Assembly (NCBI GenBank): GCA_022574255.1
Contig: JACZSK010000002.1
Coordinates: 11,199-75,198 of the forward strand
Direction: 5' to 3'
DNA from: Pseudomonadota bacterium
Lineage (GTDB): Bacteria; Pseudomonadota; Alphaproteobacteria; Sphingomonadales; SMXR01
Length of the DNA stretch: 64,000 bases
The position numbers and the translations under genes are program-made. Position 1 is the first letter of the stretch. Every line of letters starts with the position of its first letter. The notes below the pieces were generated by a model. That model was given only the letters and a program-made list of their open reading frames with translations. It did no database searches and was not told where the DNA came from. This document shows positions 10,865-22,131 of the stretch, piece by piece.

Positions 10865-11728
10865 CTATTCAAACCCGTAGAGCCGTGCTGGATTGTCGAC
10901 CAGCACCTTGCGCTGCAGCGCCGGCTCTTTGGCAAAAAGTGGCACCAGGTCCACCAGGTCGCCGTCGTCGGGCATCACTTTCACATTTGGATGCGGCCAG
11001 TCGGTCCCCCATATTACCCTGTCTGGCGCTGTTTTGCACAACGCCTCGGCGAATGGTGCAGCATCATGGTAGGGCGCGCCGGTTGCTGAAATTCTCTCGG
11101 CGCCACAGACTTTGACCCACATGTTTTCGCGTTTCATGAATTCAAGCAGGATTTTAAAGGCTGGCTGGTCCAGGCCCTGTTCCACAGGAACACGCGCCAT
11201 ATGATCGATGATCACAGGTAACGAAAATTGGGCGAAAAAATCCTCATACTCGATGAGGTCCCCGGCATTTACATGAATGACCAGGTGCCAGTGCAGGGAA
11301 GTCACGATCTCGACAATCCGCTTCATGGCGCCCAAATCGGGTGCTCCCCCCAGGTGTCTGACAAAATTAAAGCGAACGCCGCGTACGCCTCCCCTGTGCA
11401 GGGCCTCGAACTCGGCCTCTGTGAATTTCTCGTCGGCAATACATACGCCTTTATAGGCGCCGTTGCTGCTGGCGATGGCATCCAGCATGGCCCTGTTATC
11501 GGAGCCGTGACAGCTGGCCTGCACCAGAACCGCACGGTCAATACCCATACGGCTGTGCAGACCTTTCAACGCCTCTTTCGGCGCATCCGGCGGCGTATAT
11601 TTGCGGGCTCGGGCATAGGGGAACCGGTTGCCCGGTCCAAACACATGGCAATGCGCATCGCAGGTGCCCGGAGGCATTGAAAACAGCGGTTTGCGTGGGT
11701 CGGGATGAGGCGGATCGCAATATTTCAT
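10865..11728 (-). CDS. ligI: 2-pyrone-4,6-dicarboxylate lactonase (amidohydrolase family)
   Basis: 287 aa. Has the CDAHCHVFGP motif and a ...WGTDWPHP C-terminal motif typical of LigI. Confidence 0.85.
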   Translation of the reverse strand: MKYCDPPHPDPRKPLFSMPPGTCDAHCHVFGPGNRFPYARARKYTPPDAPKEALKGLHSRMGIDRAVLVQASCHGSDNRAMLDAIASSNGAYKGVCIADEKFTEAEFEALHRGGVRGVRFNFVRHLGGAPDLGAMKRIVEIVTSLHWHLVIHVNAGDLIEYEDFFAQFSLPVIIDHMARVPVEQGLDQPAFKILLEFMKRENMWVKVCGAERISATGAPYHDAAPFAEALCKTAPDRVIWGTDWPHPNVKVMPDDGDLVDLVPLFAKEPALQRKVLVDNPARLYGFE

Positions 11729-11739
11729 TTTCTTTTTTT

Positions 11740-12873
11740 TCAGCTCCTCACAACCTGTCCCGGGTTCTCGTTCCTCCGCCCGCCCCAGATTCTCGAGGGT
11801 AAACAGGCGTTGCCTCTAAAAATCATCCGTGCCGTTCTCAGCAGTCCGGCCTTTTCAACGACGGGCAGGGTGCCGCTCTCATTGACGACCAGCGTCACTG
11901 TGAATTCGCCGGAGGGGTGTTCTACCGACAAGGTTTTCTCCCGGCCTTCAGCAACGACGGCCGTGCCATCAGCCACTGAACCCGGCAACACACAAGCGGT
12001 AGCCACGCTCACCGCGCCCAGCACGCCTACTGCGGCGTGGCAGGTATGCGGGATGAAGGTGCGCGTGGTGACAGCACCGCCATTGCGGGGAGGCGCAATC
12101 AGACACATTTTCGGCACTACTTTTTCTGTGATGTCGCCCAGATTCATCATTGGCCCGGCCTTCTGCCGGATAGCTTCCAAGCGGATTTTTAATTCGTTAT
12201 CTGCATTCAGTTCATCCCGGCTTTCATAGCCGGTCCGGCCGAGATCCCTGGCCCGCATCACCACAACCGGCATGCCGTTGTCGATGCAGGTGACGGGGAT
12301 GCCCTCGATTTCATCCTGCAGGTTCCCGGTCGGCAGCAGCGCCCCGCAGGCCGAACCTGCGGTATCAATAAAATTACAGGCGATCGGCGCTGACGTGCCC
12401 GGAACGCCGTCAATCTGCACATCACCATCATAATTGACCAGCCCGCCAGACGTCTGCACCACCAGCTCAGCCAAATTCCCGCTATTCACCATATGTATCC
12501 GGACCACCGTCTCGCCGTCTGTGGCGTTGACCAGGCCGGTCTCAATCGCAAAGGGGGCAACGCCCGCCAGGATATTACCGCAGTTGGGTGTGTCATCCAC
12601 CCATCCTTCGCCGACGACGATCTGGAGGAATAAATAATCGACGTCGGCATCATCTCTGGCCGACGGACCAACCACGGCGGCTTTGCTGGTCAGCGGGTCG
12701 GCACCCCCAAGACCGTCAATCTGGCGCAGGTCCGCGCCGCCCATAATTGCCAGAACGACAGCCTTTCGCTCGTCGGGGTCAGCCGGCAGGTCAGAGGCCA
12801 GAAAATAAACCCCTTTCGAGCTGCCGCCGCGCATCAGTGCGCAGGGAATTGCAGTTTGGATACCACCCGACAT
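11740..12873 (-). CDS. galD: 4-oxalomesaconate tautomerase (PrpF family; GalD/LigU-like)
   Basis: Contains IPCALMRGGSSKGVYF...NCGNILAGVAPFAIE, a PrpF-family signature. Start chosen at the ATG at 12873 (MSGGIQTAIPC), which has GGGGA 6 nt upstream. The ORF could extend to 12933. Confidence 0.75.
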   Translation of the reverse strand: MSGGIQTAIPCALMRGGSSKGVYFLASDLPADPDERKAVVLAIMGGADLRQIDGLGGADPLTSKAAVVGPSARDDADVDYLFLQIVVGEGWVDDTPNCGNILAGVAPFAIETGLVNATDGETVVRIHMVNSGNLAELVVQTSGGLVNYDGDVQIDGVPGTSAPIACNFIDTAGSACGALLPTGNLQDEIEGIPVTCIDNGMPVVVMRARDLGRTGYESRDELNADNELKIRLEAIRQKAGPMMNLGDITEKVVPKMCLIAPPRNGGAVTTRTFIPHTCHAAVGVLGAVSVATACVLPGSVADGTAVVAEGREKTLSVEHPSGEFTVTLVVNESGTLPVVEKAGLLRTARMIFRGNACLPSRIWGGRRNENPGQVVRS

Positions 12874-12940
12874 CGAGTTTCCCCACCATTCAACGGTTTT
12901 GGGCATATGTAGTGAGATATTCTGTTGCGCCACAAGCTAG

Positions 12941-12955
12941 AACCGGTCTCCGGTT
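12941..12955. promoter_or_regulatory. 6-3-6 palindrome AACCGG-TCT-CCGGTT in the divergent galD / ligAB promoter region
   Basis: Read directly from the sequence. It lies between the galD start (12873) and the ligA start (13116). Confidence 0.3.
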
Positions 12956-13115
12956 GACGCCAATTCTTTTTTCTCCGCAGGCCATGGGAAAATCTGGAAT
13001 TGACCCTGGCGGATACGATTTCTCATCATCTCTCGATCAATTGGGACTTGCCGGTGTCCCGCGCCATTCTATGATGCTGATCTCGCTCGAAAACCATCGG
13101 AAGCACAAGTGGATA

Positions 13116-14349
<1,234 letters not shown>

Positions 14350-14363
14350 CAAGGGTCATATCC

Positions 14364-15314
14364 ATGAAGGTTATTCTCGCAGGTGCCGGCGCATTTGGGA
14401 AAAAACACCTGGACGGCATCCGGAATATCGATGGCGTGGAAGTTGTTTCGCTGGTTGGCAGGCGGCTCGCGCCGACACAGGCAGTGGCGGAGGAATACGG
14501 GATCGGTCATGTGACGACGGATCTGGCCGAAGCGCTGGATCAACCCGGCGTTGGGGCGGCGATCCTGTGCACTCCAACCCAAATGCATGCGGCACAGGCC
14601 ATCCAGTGCATGAGGGTCGGCAAACATGTGCAGATCGAGATTCCCCTGGCTGACAACTGGGAGGATGCGCAAGAAGTGGTTCGGGTACAGAAGGAAACCG
14701 GATTGGTTTGCATGGCTGGTCATACCCGTCGCTTCAACCCCTCCCATCAATGGGTGCACAGCCGTATCAGCCAGGGCGAGCTCAGCGTTCAGCAAATGGA
14801 TGTACAGACCTATTTTTTTCGCCGCAAAAACATCAACGCCGCTGGTGAGCCGCGCAGTTGGACGGATCATCTCTTGTGGCACCATGCGGCGCATACAATC
14901 GATTTGTTTCAGTATCAAACCGGCGAGGAAGTGGTGGTCGCCCACGCCGTACAAGGCCCCCTGCATCCGGATCTGGGCATCGCCCTGGACATGTCAATTC
15001 AGCTGAAAACCACATCGGGCAAAATTTGTACGCTGTCATTGTCATTCAATAATGATGGGCCACTGGGCACAGTCTTCCGTTATATCTGCGATAATGGAAC
15101 CTATATCGCCCGTTATGACGATCTGGTTGATGGCCGGGAAAAACCGGTCGACGTCTCAAAAGTGGACGTCTCGATGAACGGGATTGAATTGCAGGATCGC
15201 GAATTTTTTGCGGCGATTGCCGGCGGCCGCGAGCCGAACTCGAGCGTGGCCATGGTGTTACCCTGTTACAAGACGATCTTTGATCTTGAGCAGTGCCTGA
15301 AGAGCCAGGGCTAG
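14364..15314 (+). CDS. ligC: 4-carboxy-2-hydroxymuconate-6-semialdehyde dehydrogenase (Gfo/Idh/MocA family)
   Basis: MKVILAGAGAFGKKHLDGI... is a Rossmann start of the Gfo/Idh/MocA family. The gene lies directly after ligAB. Confidence 0.8.
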   Translation: MKVILAGAGAFGKKHLDGIRNIDGVEVVSLVGRRLAPTQAVAEEYGIGHVTTDLAEALDQPGVGAAILCTPTQMHAAQAIQCMRVGKHVQIEIPLADNWEDAQEVVRVQKETGLVCMAGHTRRFNPSHQWVHSRISQGELSVQQMDVQTYFFRRKNINAAGEPRSWTDHLLWHHAAHTIDLFQYQTGEEVVVAHAVQGPLHPDLGIALDMSIQLKTTSGKICTLSLSFNNDGPLGTVFRYICDNGTYIARYDDLVDGREKPVDVSKVDVSMNGIELQDREFFAAIAGGREPNSSVAMVLPCYKTIFDLEQCLKSQG

Positions 15315-15321
15315 GGCGAAA

Positions 15322-15978
15322 ATGGGACAGACTGTCAACCTGACCGCGACCGACGGGTTCAGGTTGTCCGCTTATGCTGCAGAACCGGGCGAAACACCCT
15401 GCGGCGGGGTTGTGATTCTGCAGGAAATCTTTGGCCTGACCTCCCATATCCGGCGGGTCGTCGATCAGTATGCTGCAGCGGGATACCGGGCCATTGCACC
15501 AGCCCTGTTCGACCGGATAACACCGGACAGTGTGTTCAGTTACGAAGATCCGCTGCCTGGACGAGATATGGTTGCAGGTCTGGTCAATGCCTGCGTAATG
15601 GCCGATATATCGGCTGCAGTCGACGGGGTGCGTTGTGGGGAGGGCGTGGCCGTGATTGGTTATTGCTGGGGCGGAACCCTCTCTTATCTGGCTGCCAGTG
15701 AGCTCGAAATTGACGCCGCTGCCGCCTATTATGGGACCCGTATCGCCGAAAATCTGGACAAAAGGCCCAACTGCCCCTTCCTGTTTCACTTTGGCCGGCA
15801 CGATAAGCTGGTGTCGATGGCGGATGTGGGTCGTATCCTGGCGGCCAACCCGGGCGCATCCTCCCATGTCTATGATGCCGGTCACGGTTTTAATTGTGAC
15901 GAGCGTGCTTCGCACGATGCGACCAGTGCGTCGCTGGCTCTGGAGCGAACGCTCGGCTTTCTTGCTGAAGTGCTCTGA
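15322..15978 (+). CDS. Dienelactone hydrolase family protein (carboxymethylenebutenolidase-like)
   Basis: 218 aa, with GVVILQEIFGL...GYCWGG... DLH-family motifs. Confidence 0.75.
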   Translation: MGQTVNLTATDGFRLSAYAAEPGETPCGGVVILQEIFGLTSHIRRVVDQYAAAGYRAIAPALFDRITPDSVFSYEDPLPGRDMVAGLVNACVMADISAAVDGVRCGEGVAVIGYCWGGTLSYLAASELEIDAAAAYYGTRIAENLDKRPNCPFLFHFGRHDKLVSMADVGRILAANPGASSHVYDAGHGFNCDERASHDATSASLALERTLGFLAEVL

Positions 15979-15980
15979 TC

Positions 15981-16970
15981 CTAATCGAAGGGAAAGACGC
16001 CGGGCTCTGGTAAAAAATTGTCGGTGAGGCCCTCAATCGCGGTCACGCCCATGTTCCAGCGCGCCTCCTCGGACCCCGCCCCAATGTGTGGAGTCGCCAG
16101 AAAATTTGGCAGATTTAGCAGCTCATCGTCTTCCGGGGGCTCGATTGCAAAAGTGTCAATGGCGGCAGCAGCGATACGACCATCGCCAAGCCGTTCTTTC
16201 AACGCAGCTTCATCAATTATCCGACCGCGTGCGGTATTGATAAGCACACAGTCGGGTCGGAGGCGATCGAGCACCTCGGGTGTATACATCCACAGGGTCT
16301 TGTCGGTCACTGTCAGGTGAATAGACAAGACCTCCGAGCGCTTCAGAAGGTCCTCGAAGGACACTTCCTCGACGCCATACTCGCGGTAAAAGTCCGAATA
16401 ATCCTTGATATCGTTGGCCAGTAATTCACAGTCGAAGGGTTGCAGCAAGCGCACCAGTTCCTTGCCAATCTCCCCACAGCCGTGAATGCCAACCGTCCTG
16501 CCCGTAAGCTGCCTTCCCATGCGCTGCAACGGGCGCTCTCCCCGGCGCATCCTCATATTCCTGTCCGTCACGTGCCTGAGACAGGCAATGGCCATGCAGA
16601 GTGCCAGTTCCGCGACCGAGCGCTTGTTTACGCCCGGTGTCCAGCCCAGTGCCACGCCGTGCTTCTTCATGGCGGCGGGGTCTATCTTGTCAAGGCCGAC
16701 GCCAAGCTTGGAAACCACCTTCAGCTTCGGTAGCGCCGACAACACCCGGTCAGTGATCGGCTCGAAAGAGACGATGGCACCGTCGCAATCCCTGAGATAG
16801 TCGATGGTATCATCTTCCGACCTGTAGTGCGGGATGCACTCGGTATTGATCCGGGCACCCGGATATTTTTCCTCCAGCAATTCGACAAGGCCAGGATGTT
16901 GGCAAAAGGATACTGCCGGCGCCGCCACCCGCACGATTTTGCCGCTTCGCTTCATCGTCCTGTCATCCAC
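15981..16970 (-). CDS. D-isomer-specific 2-hydroxyacid dehydrogenase family (phosphoglycerate dehydrogenase-like)
   Basis: GIHGCGEIGKELVRLL NAD motif and ...TPHIGAGSEEA C-terminal motif. The start may be the internal MKRSGK at 16955. Confidence 0.75.
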   Translation of the reverse strand: MDDRTMKRSGKIVRVAAPAVSFCQHPGLVELLEEKYPGARINTECIPHYRSEDDTIDYLRDCDGAIVSFEPITDRVLSALPKLKVVSKLGVGLDKIDPAAMKKHGVALGWTPGVNKRSVAELALCMAIACLRHVTDRNMRMRRGERPLQRMGRQLTGRTVGIHGCGEIGKELVRLLQPFDCELLANDIKDYSDFYREYGVEEVSFEDLLKRSEVLSIHLTVTDKTLWMYTPEVLDRLRPDCVLINTARGRIIDEAALKERLGDGRIAAAAIDTFAIEPPEDDELLNLPNFLATPHIGAGSEEARWNMGVTAIEGLTDNFLPEPGVFPFD

Positions 16971-17340
16971 AAATGATCAGATTGCCCATTACATTCAAAT
17001 TACTACCCGCTTGGGACTGCGCGCCATGAAAAAATTTCGCCGATGGATCAATTCTCATCCTCTGTTGATGTGTACATTTTCTCATGTACGTTTAATCCCA
17101 AAGCAGAAACTGAGGCGCACAGAATATCTATAACTATTTATAATTATGAAGTTTTTTTATAACGCTAACGAATCCGATAATTATGTTTCACCCGATGACC
17201 CATATACCTGTTATATTTTCTCATAATAGTGAGTGAGATTTACCGGTGGAAACCGGTGCGGCGGGTTATGGAAACAGGGAGTCGTTGTGGGGATGGCGAA
17301 CCGGCAAGCCGGGACAGTCGGCGAAATTGATATCCGAAAA

Positions 17341-18561
17341 ATGAGCTTGAGACATTTTAAGGCGGCGCTCCGCGTTGCCGAGTGCGAAAACGTAACCCGG
17401 GCCGCGGAGAGCCTTGGCCGGTCGCAAACGGCAGTTACCAAAGCGGTGAGTGATCTGGAGCGTCAACTGGGGGTGCGGCTATTCGACCGCTCGGCCAAGG
17501 GGATGATGCCGACAAGCTATGGCAAGGCGCTGGCGCGGCGCATCAATACGGTCAGAAGCGAGTTCCAGAAGGCCGCGCGCGCGCACCTGCGTTTTACGGA
17601 AAATCCGGCCCAATTTGCCCACAACCCCATTTTTTCCATGGATATCAGCCTCAAGCGCTTGTCCGCATTCGTCGCGCTTTTCGATCATGAAGAGGTAGGC
17701 AAGGCAGCAAATTCGGTCGGGCTCAGCACTTCCGCCATATATAGCTCGGTGCGTGAAATGGAGGGATACCTTGGCCTGGCCCTGTTCGAGCGGGCGCCTT
17801 CGGGTGTTTGCGCGACGGACTATGGCCGAATTCTGGCGACCCATGTGAAAATGGCTTTTGCAGAAATCCGGCATGCGCTGGACGACATTGCCAGCCTGCA
17901 GGGCGTTACGCGCGGTGGCGTTGCTATTGGCACACTGCCGCTGTCGCGCTCTGTTATCGTCCCGCGGGCGATTAACCGTCTCCTGAGCGAGCATCCACAA
18001 CTGGATATTTTTACCAGGGACGGGCCATACGATGTTCTTGAGGTGGCACTGAGAAGCGGAGACCTCGACTTTATCCTTGGCGCGTTACGTCCCAAGGAAA
18101 CGATGGCCGACCTGGATACCGAGCCACTATTTGAACTCCGGCTGTCGGTCATTGCTCGCAAGGGACACCCCCTGTCGCGCAAGAAAAAGCTGTCAGTCGC
18201 TGATCTGGATCCTTTGTGCTGGGTTTTGCCGCCCAAGAATACGCCATCGCGCATATTGTTCGACGGGGTGATGGCCGAAGCCGGGATCGACACGCCGGCC
18301 CATTGCATCGAAACCAGCTCACTGGCCACGATTCGAGGCCTGCTGATGGATAGCGACCGGGTGGCCTTGCTGTCCCGGCATCAGATCCATTATGACGAGG
18401 AATACGGGCTCTTGGCGCGGCTGCCGATTGACCTCGACCAAACCTACCGCCCGATAGGCATAACCATGCGCGCCCGGTCGACCCTGTCACCGGCGGCGCA
18501 GCTTTTCCTGGATCATATTCGCGTTGTTGCCAGAGAAACAATGAATGGCGCCGGACGCTAG
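17341..18561 (+). CDS. LysR-type transcriptional regulator with two tandem N-terminal HTH domains
   Basis: HTH 1: MSLRHFKAALRVAECENVTRAAESLGRSQTAVTKAVSDLERQLGVRLFDRS. HTH 2: LKRLSAFVALFDHEEVGKAANSVGLSTSAIYSSVREMEGYLGLALFERA. One LysR substrate-binding domain follows. Alternative starts at 17293 and 17233. Confidence 0.75.
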   Translation: MSLRHFKAALRVAECENVTRAAESLGRSQTAVTKAVSDLERQLGVRLFDRSAKGMMPTSYGKALARRINTVRSEFQKAARAHLRFTENPAQFAHNPIFSMDISLKRLSAFVALFDHEEVGKAANSVGLSTSAIYSSVREMEGYLGLALFERAPSGVCATDYGRILATHVKMAFAEIRHALDDIASLQGVTRGGVAIGTLPLSRSVIVPRAINRLLSEHPQLDIFTRDGPYDVLEVALRSGDLDFILGALRPKETMADLDTEPLFELRLSVIARKGHPLSRKKKLSVADLDPLCWVLPPKNTPSRILFDGVMAEAGIDTPAHCIETSSLATIRGLLMDSDRVALLSRHQIHYDEEYGLLARLPIDLDQTYRPIGITMRARSTLSPAAQLFLDHIRVVARETMNGAGR

Positions 18562-18707
18562 GTCAGCAGCGCAAACTTCTGCAATCAGATCAGGCTAATG
18601 TAACGATTTTTCATAGGCAATTATGGATTTCTCTCTTTTCATGGGTGTCTTGTCGCGCAACGATCAGGAAAAGACAGAGTTGAAAAATTTCGGATTGGGG
18701 AAGTGGT

Positions 18708-19826
18708 GTGACAAAAAAAGAAGTGCCCTTTCGCGCAGACCATGTGGGGAGTTATTTGCGACCGGTGAGGTTGGCTGAGGCCCGTCAACGGTACGCCGAT
18801 GGAAACTGCGACAAAGCCGAATTGCGCGGCATTGAAGACGAATGCATCCGGGAAGTCGTCCGCAATCAGGAAAATGCAGGCCTTAAGGGCATTACCGACG
18901 GTGAGTTTCGTCGCACCTATTTTCATATCGACTTTCTTGAGCGACTTAGTGGTGTCGAGGTCACCTACGGCGAGTTTTCCACGGCCTTCCGCAGGGACGA
19001 CGGTTCGGAAGTCGGTTTCAAGCCGCCGACGATGCATATTACCGACAAGATCAGGCATATGGGCTCAATCCAGGGTGAAGATTTTGATTTTCTCAAATCC
19101 GAAGTTGCCCAGACACCCAAGGTTTGTATTCCGGCACCGTCGATGCTGCATTTCAGGGGCGGGCGTGAGGCAATCTCAAAAGCGGCCTACCCGGACCTCG
19201 AGGAGTTTTTCGAGGATCTGTGTGCGGCCTACAGGGAAGAGATCAACGGGCTGGCCGAACGCGGCTGCCGTTATCTACAGATGGATGACACTAACCTGGC
19301 CTACCTGTGCGATCCCGCTATTCGCCAAAGCACTATTGATCGGGGCGATGATCCTGACGAGCTGGTCCATCTCTATTGCCGGATGGTGAACGAAGCCATC
19401 AGGGACCGCCCTGAAAATATGACTGTTACCGTACATCTGTGCCGCGGAAATTTCAAAAGCGCATGGGTCGCTCAAGGGGGCTATGAGCCGGTCGCCGAGA
19501 TACTGTTCAATGAGATGATGATCGACGGCTTCTTCCTTGAATATGACGACGAAAGATCGGGGGATTTTGCACCGCTCCGATTCATGCCGAAAGACAAGAC
19601 CGTCGTGCTTGGGTTGATGAGTTCAAAGTTTCCCAGGGCCGAAGACAAGGAAGAACTGATCAGACGCATAGAGGAGGCCTCTCAATTTGTGCCGCTGGAG
19701 CAATGTGCCCTGAGCCATCAATGTGGTTTTTCATCTACGGCCCATGGCAATGAAATCAGCGAAGACGATCAGTGGCGAAAGCTGGCGCGCTGTGTGGAAA
19801 CGGCAGGGGAGGTTTGGGGTTTTTGA
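18708..19826 (+). CDS. Cobalamin-independent methionine synthase (MetE C-terminal domain)-like family protein
   Basis: 372 aa starting (GTG)TKKEVPFRADHVGSYLRPVRLAEAR...GEFRRTYFHIDF..., typical of the short MetE-like family. Confidence 0.7.
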   Translation: MTKKEVPFRADHVGSYLRPVRLAEARQRYADGNCDKAELRGIEDECIREVVRNQENAGLKGITDGEFRRTYFHIDFLERLSGVEVTYGEFSTAFRRDDGSEVGFKPPTMHITDKIRHMGSIQGEDFDFLKSEVAQTPKVCIPAPSMLHFRGGREAISKAAYPDLEEFFEDLCAAYREEINGLAERGCRYLQMDDTNLAYLCDPAIRQSTIDRGDDPDELVHLYCRMVNEAIRDRPENMTVTVHLCRGNFKSAWVAQGGYEPVAEILFNEMMIDGFFLEYDDERSGDFAPLRFMPKDKTVVLGLMSSKFPRAEDKEELIRRIEEASQFVPLEQCALSHQCGFSSTAHGNEISEDDQWRKLARCVETAGEVWGF

Positions 19827-19894
19827 TTAGCCGTAATGCCCTGAAGCGTAGTCCAGACAATCTGATATACCTTTAGCAAGGCAAAAACCAGCAA

Positions 19895-20881
19895 GTGAGA
19901 TACAGGAAACTTGGACCCTTTGAGGTCTCGGCGGTCGGCTTGGGCTGTATGAGCATGTCGCACGCTTACGGCATACCGGACCGCGCCAAGGCAGAGCGGG
20001 CACTGCACCATGCGCTGGATGTTGGTTATTGTTTCCTCGATACCGCTGCTCTGTATGGGTTTGGTGCCAATGAGACCCTGCTGGGGGAGGTGATTAGCCG
20101 ACGCCGTGGCGAATTTGTGCTCGCCAGCAAATGTGGCCTCTTTAAAGGGCCCGATGGAAAGCGGGCGATTGATGGCCGGCCCGAGGCGCTGCGCCAGACC
20201 TGCGAGGACAGCCTCCGGCGTCTCAAGACCGACGTAATCGATCTCTATTATTTGCATCGGGTGGACAGAAAGGTGCCGCTCGAAGACAGCATCGGCACGT
20301 TGGCCGACTTGGTTTCAGAGGGCAAAATCAGGACCGTCGGTCTTTCCGAGGTGTCATCGGATACTCTGAGAAAAGCGCATGCAATTTTTCCCATTACCGC
20401 CGTTCAATCTGAATATTCGCTTTGGTCGCGCAAACCGGAAGTTGCTGTGCTGGACGTATGTCAGGACCTGGGCATCGGTTTCGTTGCCTTCAGCCCCCTG
20501 GCACGCGCTTACCTGACCGGCTGGCTGCGGGATATCGATCAATTGGCCGAGACTGACATCCGGCGAAATATGCCGCGGTTCCAGGGCGATAACTTCACTG
20601 CGAATATGAAGCTGCTTAGTGAATTTTCTGAAATTGCGGAGGCGAACAACTGCACCATGGCGCAGTTGGCATTGGCCTGGCTGCTGGCACAGGGCGATTA
20701 TATCATCCCTATTCCCGGCACCAAGCATGCAGAATATGCAGAAGAAAATGCGGGCGCTGTTGATGTGGAGCTTGGCGCGCATGATCTGCAGCGCCTGGAT
20801 CAACTGATCAATGAAAATACTGTTTCTGGCGAGCGCTATGGTCCGGCCATCATGAGCAGCATAGATTCCGAGAACGACTAG
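19895..20881 (+). CDS. Aldo/keto reductase
   Basis: MRYRKLGPFEVSAVGLGCMSMSHAYG...LDTAALYG... are AKR signatures; 328 aa. Confidence 0.85.
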   Translation: MRYRKLGPFEVSAVGLGCMSMSHAYGIPDRAKAERALHHALDVGYCFLDTAALYGFGANETLLGEVISRRRGEFVLASKCGLFKGPDGKRAIDGRPEALRQTCEDSLRRLKTDVIDLYYLHRVDRKVPLEDSIGTLADLVSEGKIRTVGLSEVSSDTLRKAHAIFPITAVQSEYSLWSRKPEVAVLDVCQDLGIGFVAFSPLARAYLTGWLRDIDQLAETDIRRNMPRFQGDNFTANMKLLSEFSEIAEANNCTMAQLALAWLLAQGDYIIPIPGTKHAEYAEENAGAVDVELGAHDLQRLDQLINENTVSGERYGPAIMSSIDSEND

Positions 20882-20903
20882 GGAAGGGCCGTTTCCATGT
20901 TTA

Positions 20904-21359
20904 TCATGCGACGGCAATTTTTCCCAGAATCCGGAACAGTTCGGTGCGTTCCGCCGCCGAGAGCGAAGCAAGTGTTTCCTCGTTGGCTTCCTCGGACGGG
21001 CGCAGGCCCGTTTCAAGCAGTGCCCGGCCCTGGCTGGTCAGGCTGACCAGTAACTGGCGTCGGTCCGCATCGTTGCTTTCGGTCCTGACCAGGCCCCGTT
21101 TCAGCAAGCGGCGGACAAGCCCATGAATATTGGCCGGCTCCATGTCGACCAGCCTGCCAAGCTGGTTCTGGGAGACAGCCCCGTATTCCGCCAGTCGCGC
21201 GAGCGTTGCAAATTGCTGAGCGGTCAGGTCCAGCTTGGCAATATGCCTGTGAAGATTAGCCGTTGCCCGCTGATGGGCCCGCCGAAGCATGTGTCCGGCG
21301 TGGTCCTCGATATGGAATATGTTGCCGAATTCTGCGCCGGAGCGGGTCTCAGTCGACAT
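20904..21359 (-). CDS. MarR family transcriptional regulator
   Basis: 151 aa with a winged-HTH MarR pattern (LTAQQFATLARLAEYGAVSQNQLGRLVDMEPANIHGLVRRLLKRGLV). Its start overlaps the stop of the nitroreductase gene by 11 nt. Confidence 0.85.
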   Translation of the reverse strand: MSTETRSGAEFGNIFHIEDHAGHMLRRAHQRATANLHRHIAKLDLTAQQFATLARLAEYGAVSQNQLGRLVDMEPANIHGLVRRLLKRGLVRTESNDADRRQLLVSLTSQGRALLETGLRPSEEANEETLASLSAAERTELFRILGKIAVA

Positions 21360-22116
21360 TATCGGCGTCCCTGTACATCACCTTGTGGCGTTTTTCGCGG
21401 ATCCAGGTTTCCAGTTCTTCGTCGGTTATGAAGTTATCGGGGTTAAACACATCCCAGTTCATGATTTCGCCGAGTTCTTTTTTCCATCGCTTGTAGGGCG
21501 GCTTCAGCGGCGGGCCGAAACAAAAAATATCCAGCACCGACAGCTCGTCGGGAATGCCCAGCAGCGGCTTCATCGCCTCCTGCGCCTTCTGCTGGCCGAT
21601 GGCGGTTACCCACCAAACGTTATAGCCCAGCGCGGTGGCGGCCAGATGCGCGGACATGGTTGAGGCCGCGACGCTCTGCAGCAGGATCCGTTCGGCGTTT
21701 TCCTTGTACATCCGGTTGAGATCCGATTCGTCGTCTTTCAACACCGGGAAGGCGCTGACATAGCGAAAGTCTGAGGCTACGACGATCAGCCCGGGCGCGG
21801 TCGCCAATCCGGCATAATTTGGCGTCGGGAACTTCATCTTCTTCTTCGCCCTGAAACGCGCTTCTGCGACAAAATAATCAGCAATCTGCCTTTTGACCGC
21901 CGGATCGCGGACGATGATGTAATGCCACGGCTGGGCATTGGCGCCCGACGGGCCGTGTCTTGCCGCCTCCAGGATCAGTTCGAAATGCTCTTCGGGGACC
22001 TGGAAATCAGGATCGAATTGCCGGGTCGTGATACGGTTTCTGACGACCGACATCAGGTTGTCGTATAATTCGCGCCTGCCCAGTGCGGGGGCGTCAATTG
22101 CTTCAGTTTCGGACAT
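21349..22116 (-). CDS. Nitroreductase-superfamily flavoprotein
   Basis: NRITTRQFD...EAARHGPSGANAQPWHYIIV is a nitroreductase-fold signature; 255 aa. It lies 15 nt downstream of the rdhA-like gene. Confidence 0.75.
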   Translation of the reverse strand: MSETEAIDAPALGRRELYDNLMSVVRNRITTRQFDPDFQVPEEHFELILEAARHGPSGANAQPWHYIIVRDPAVKRQIADYFVAEARFRAKKKMKFPTPNYAGLATAPGLIVVASDFRYVSAFPVLKDDESDLNRMYKENAERILLQSVAASTMSAHLAATALGYNVWWVTAIGQQKAQEAMKPLLGIPDELSVLDIFCFGPPLKPPYKRWKKELGEIMNWDVFNPDNFITDEELETWIREKRHKVMYRDADNVD

Positions 22117-22131
22117 GGTTTACCTCTCCTG

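Noticed and set aside
12747-13115. Long N-terminal extension of the ligA ORF (254-aa version)
   Set aside because: The LigA alpha subunit is ~130 aa, and similarity begins at MALDKPYADIP (13116). The extension is R/P/S-rich and overlaps the divergent promoter and the 5' end of galD.
15046-15915. 289-aa minus-strand ORF
   Set aside because: It is antisense to the 3' end of ligC and to the dienelactone hydrolase gene. Its composition is R/P/G-rich and it matches no family.
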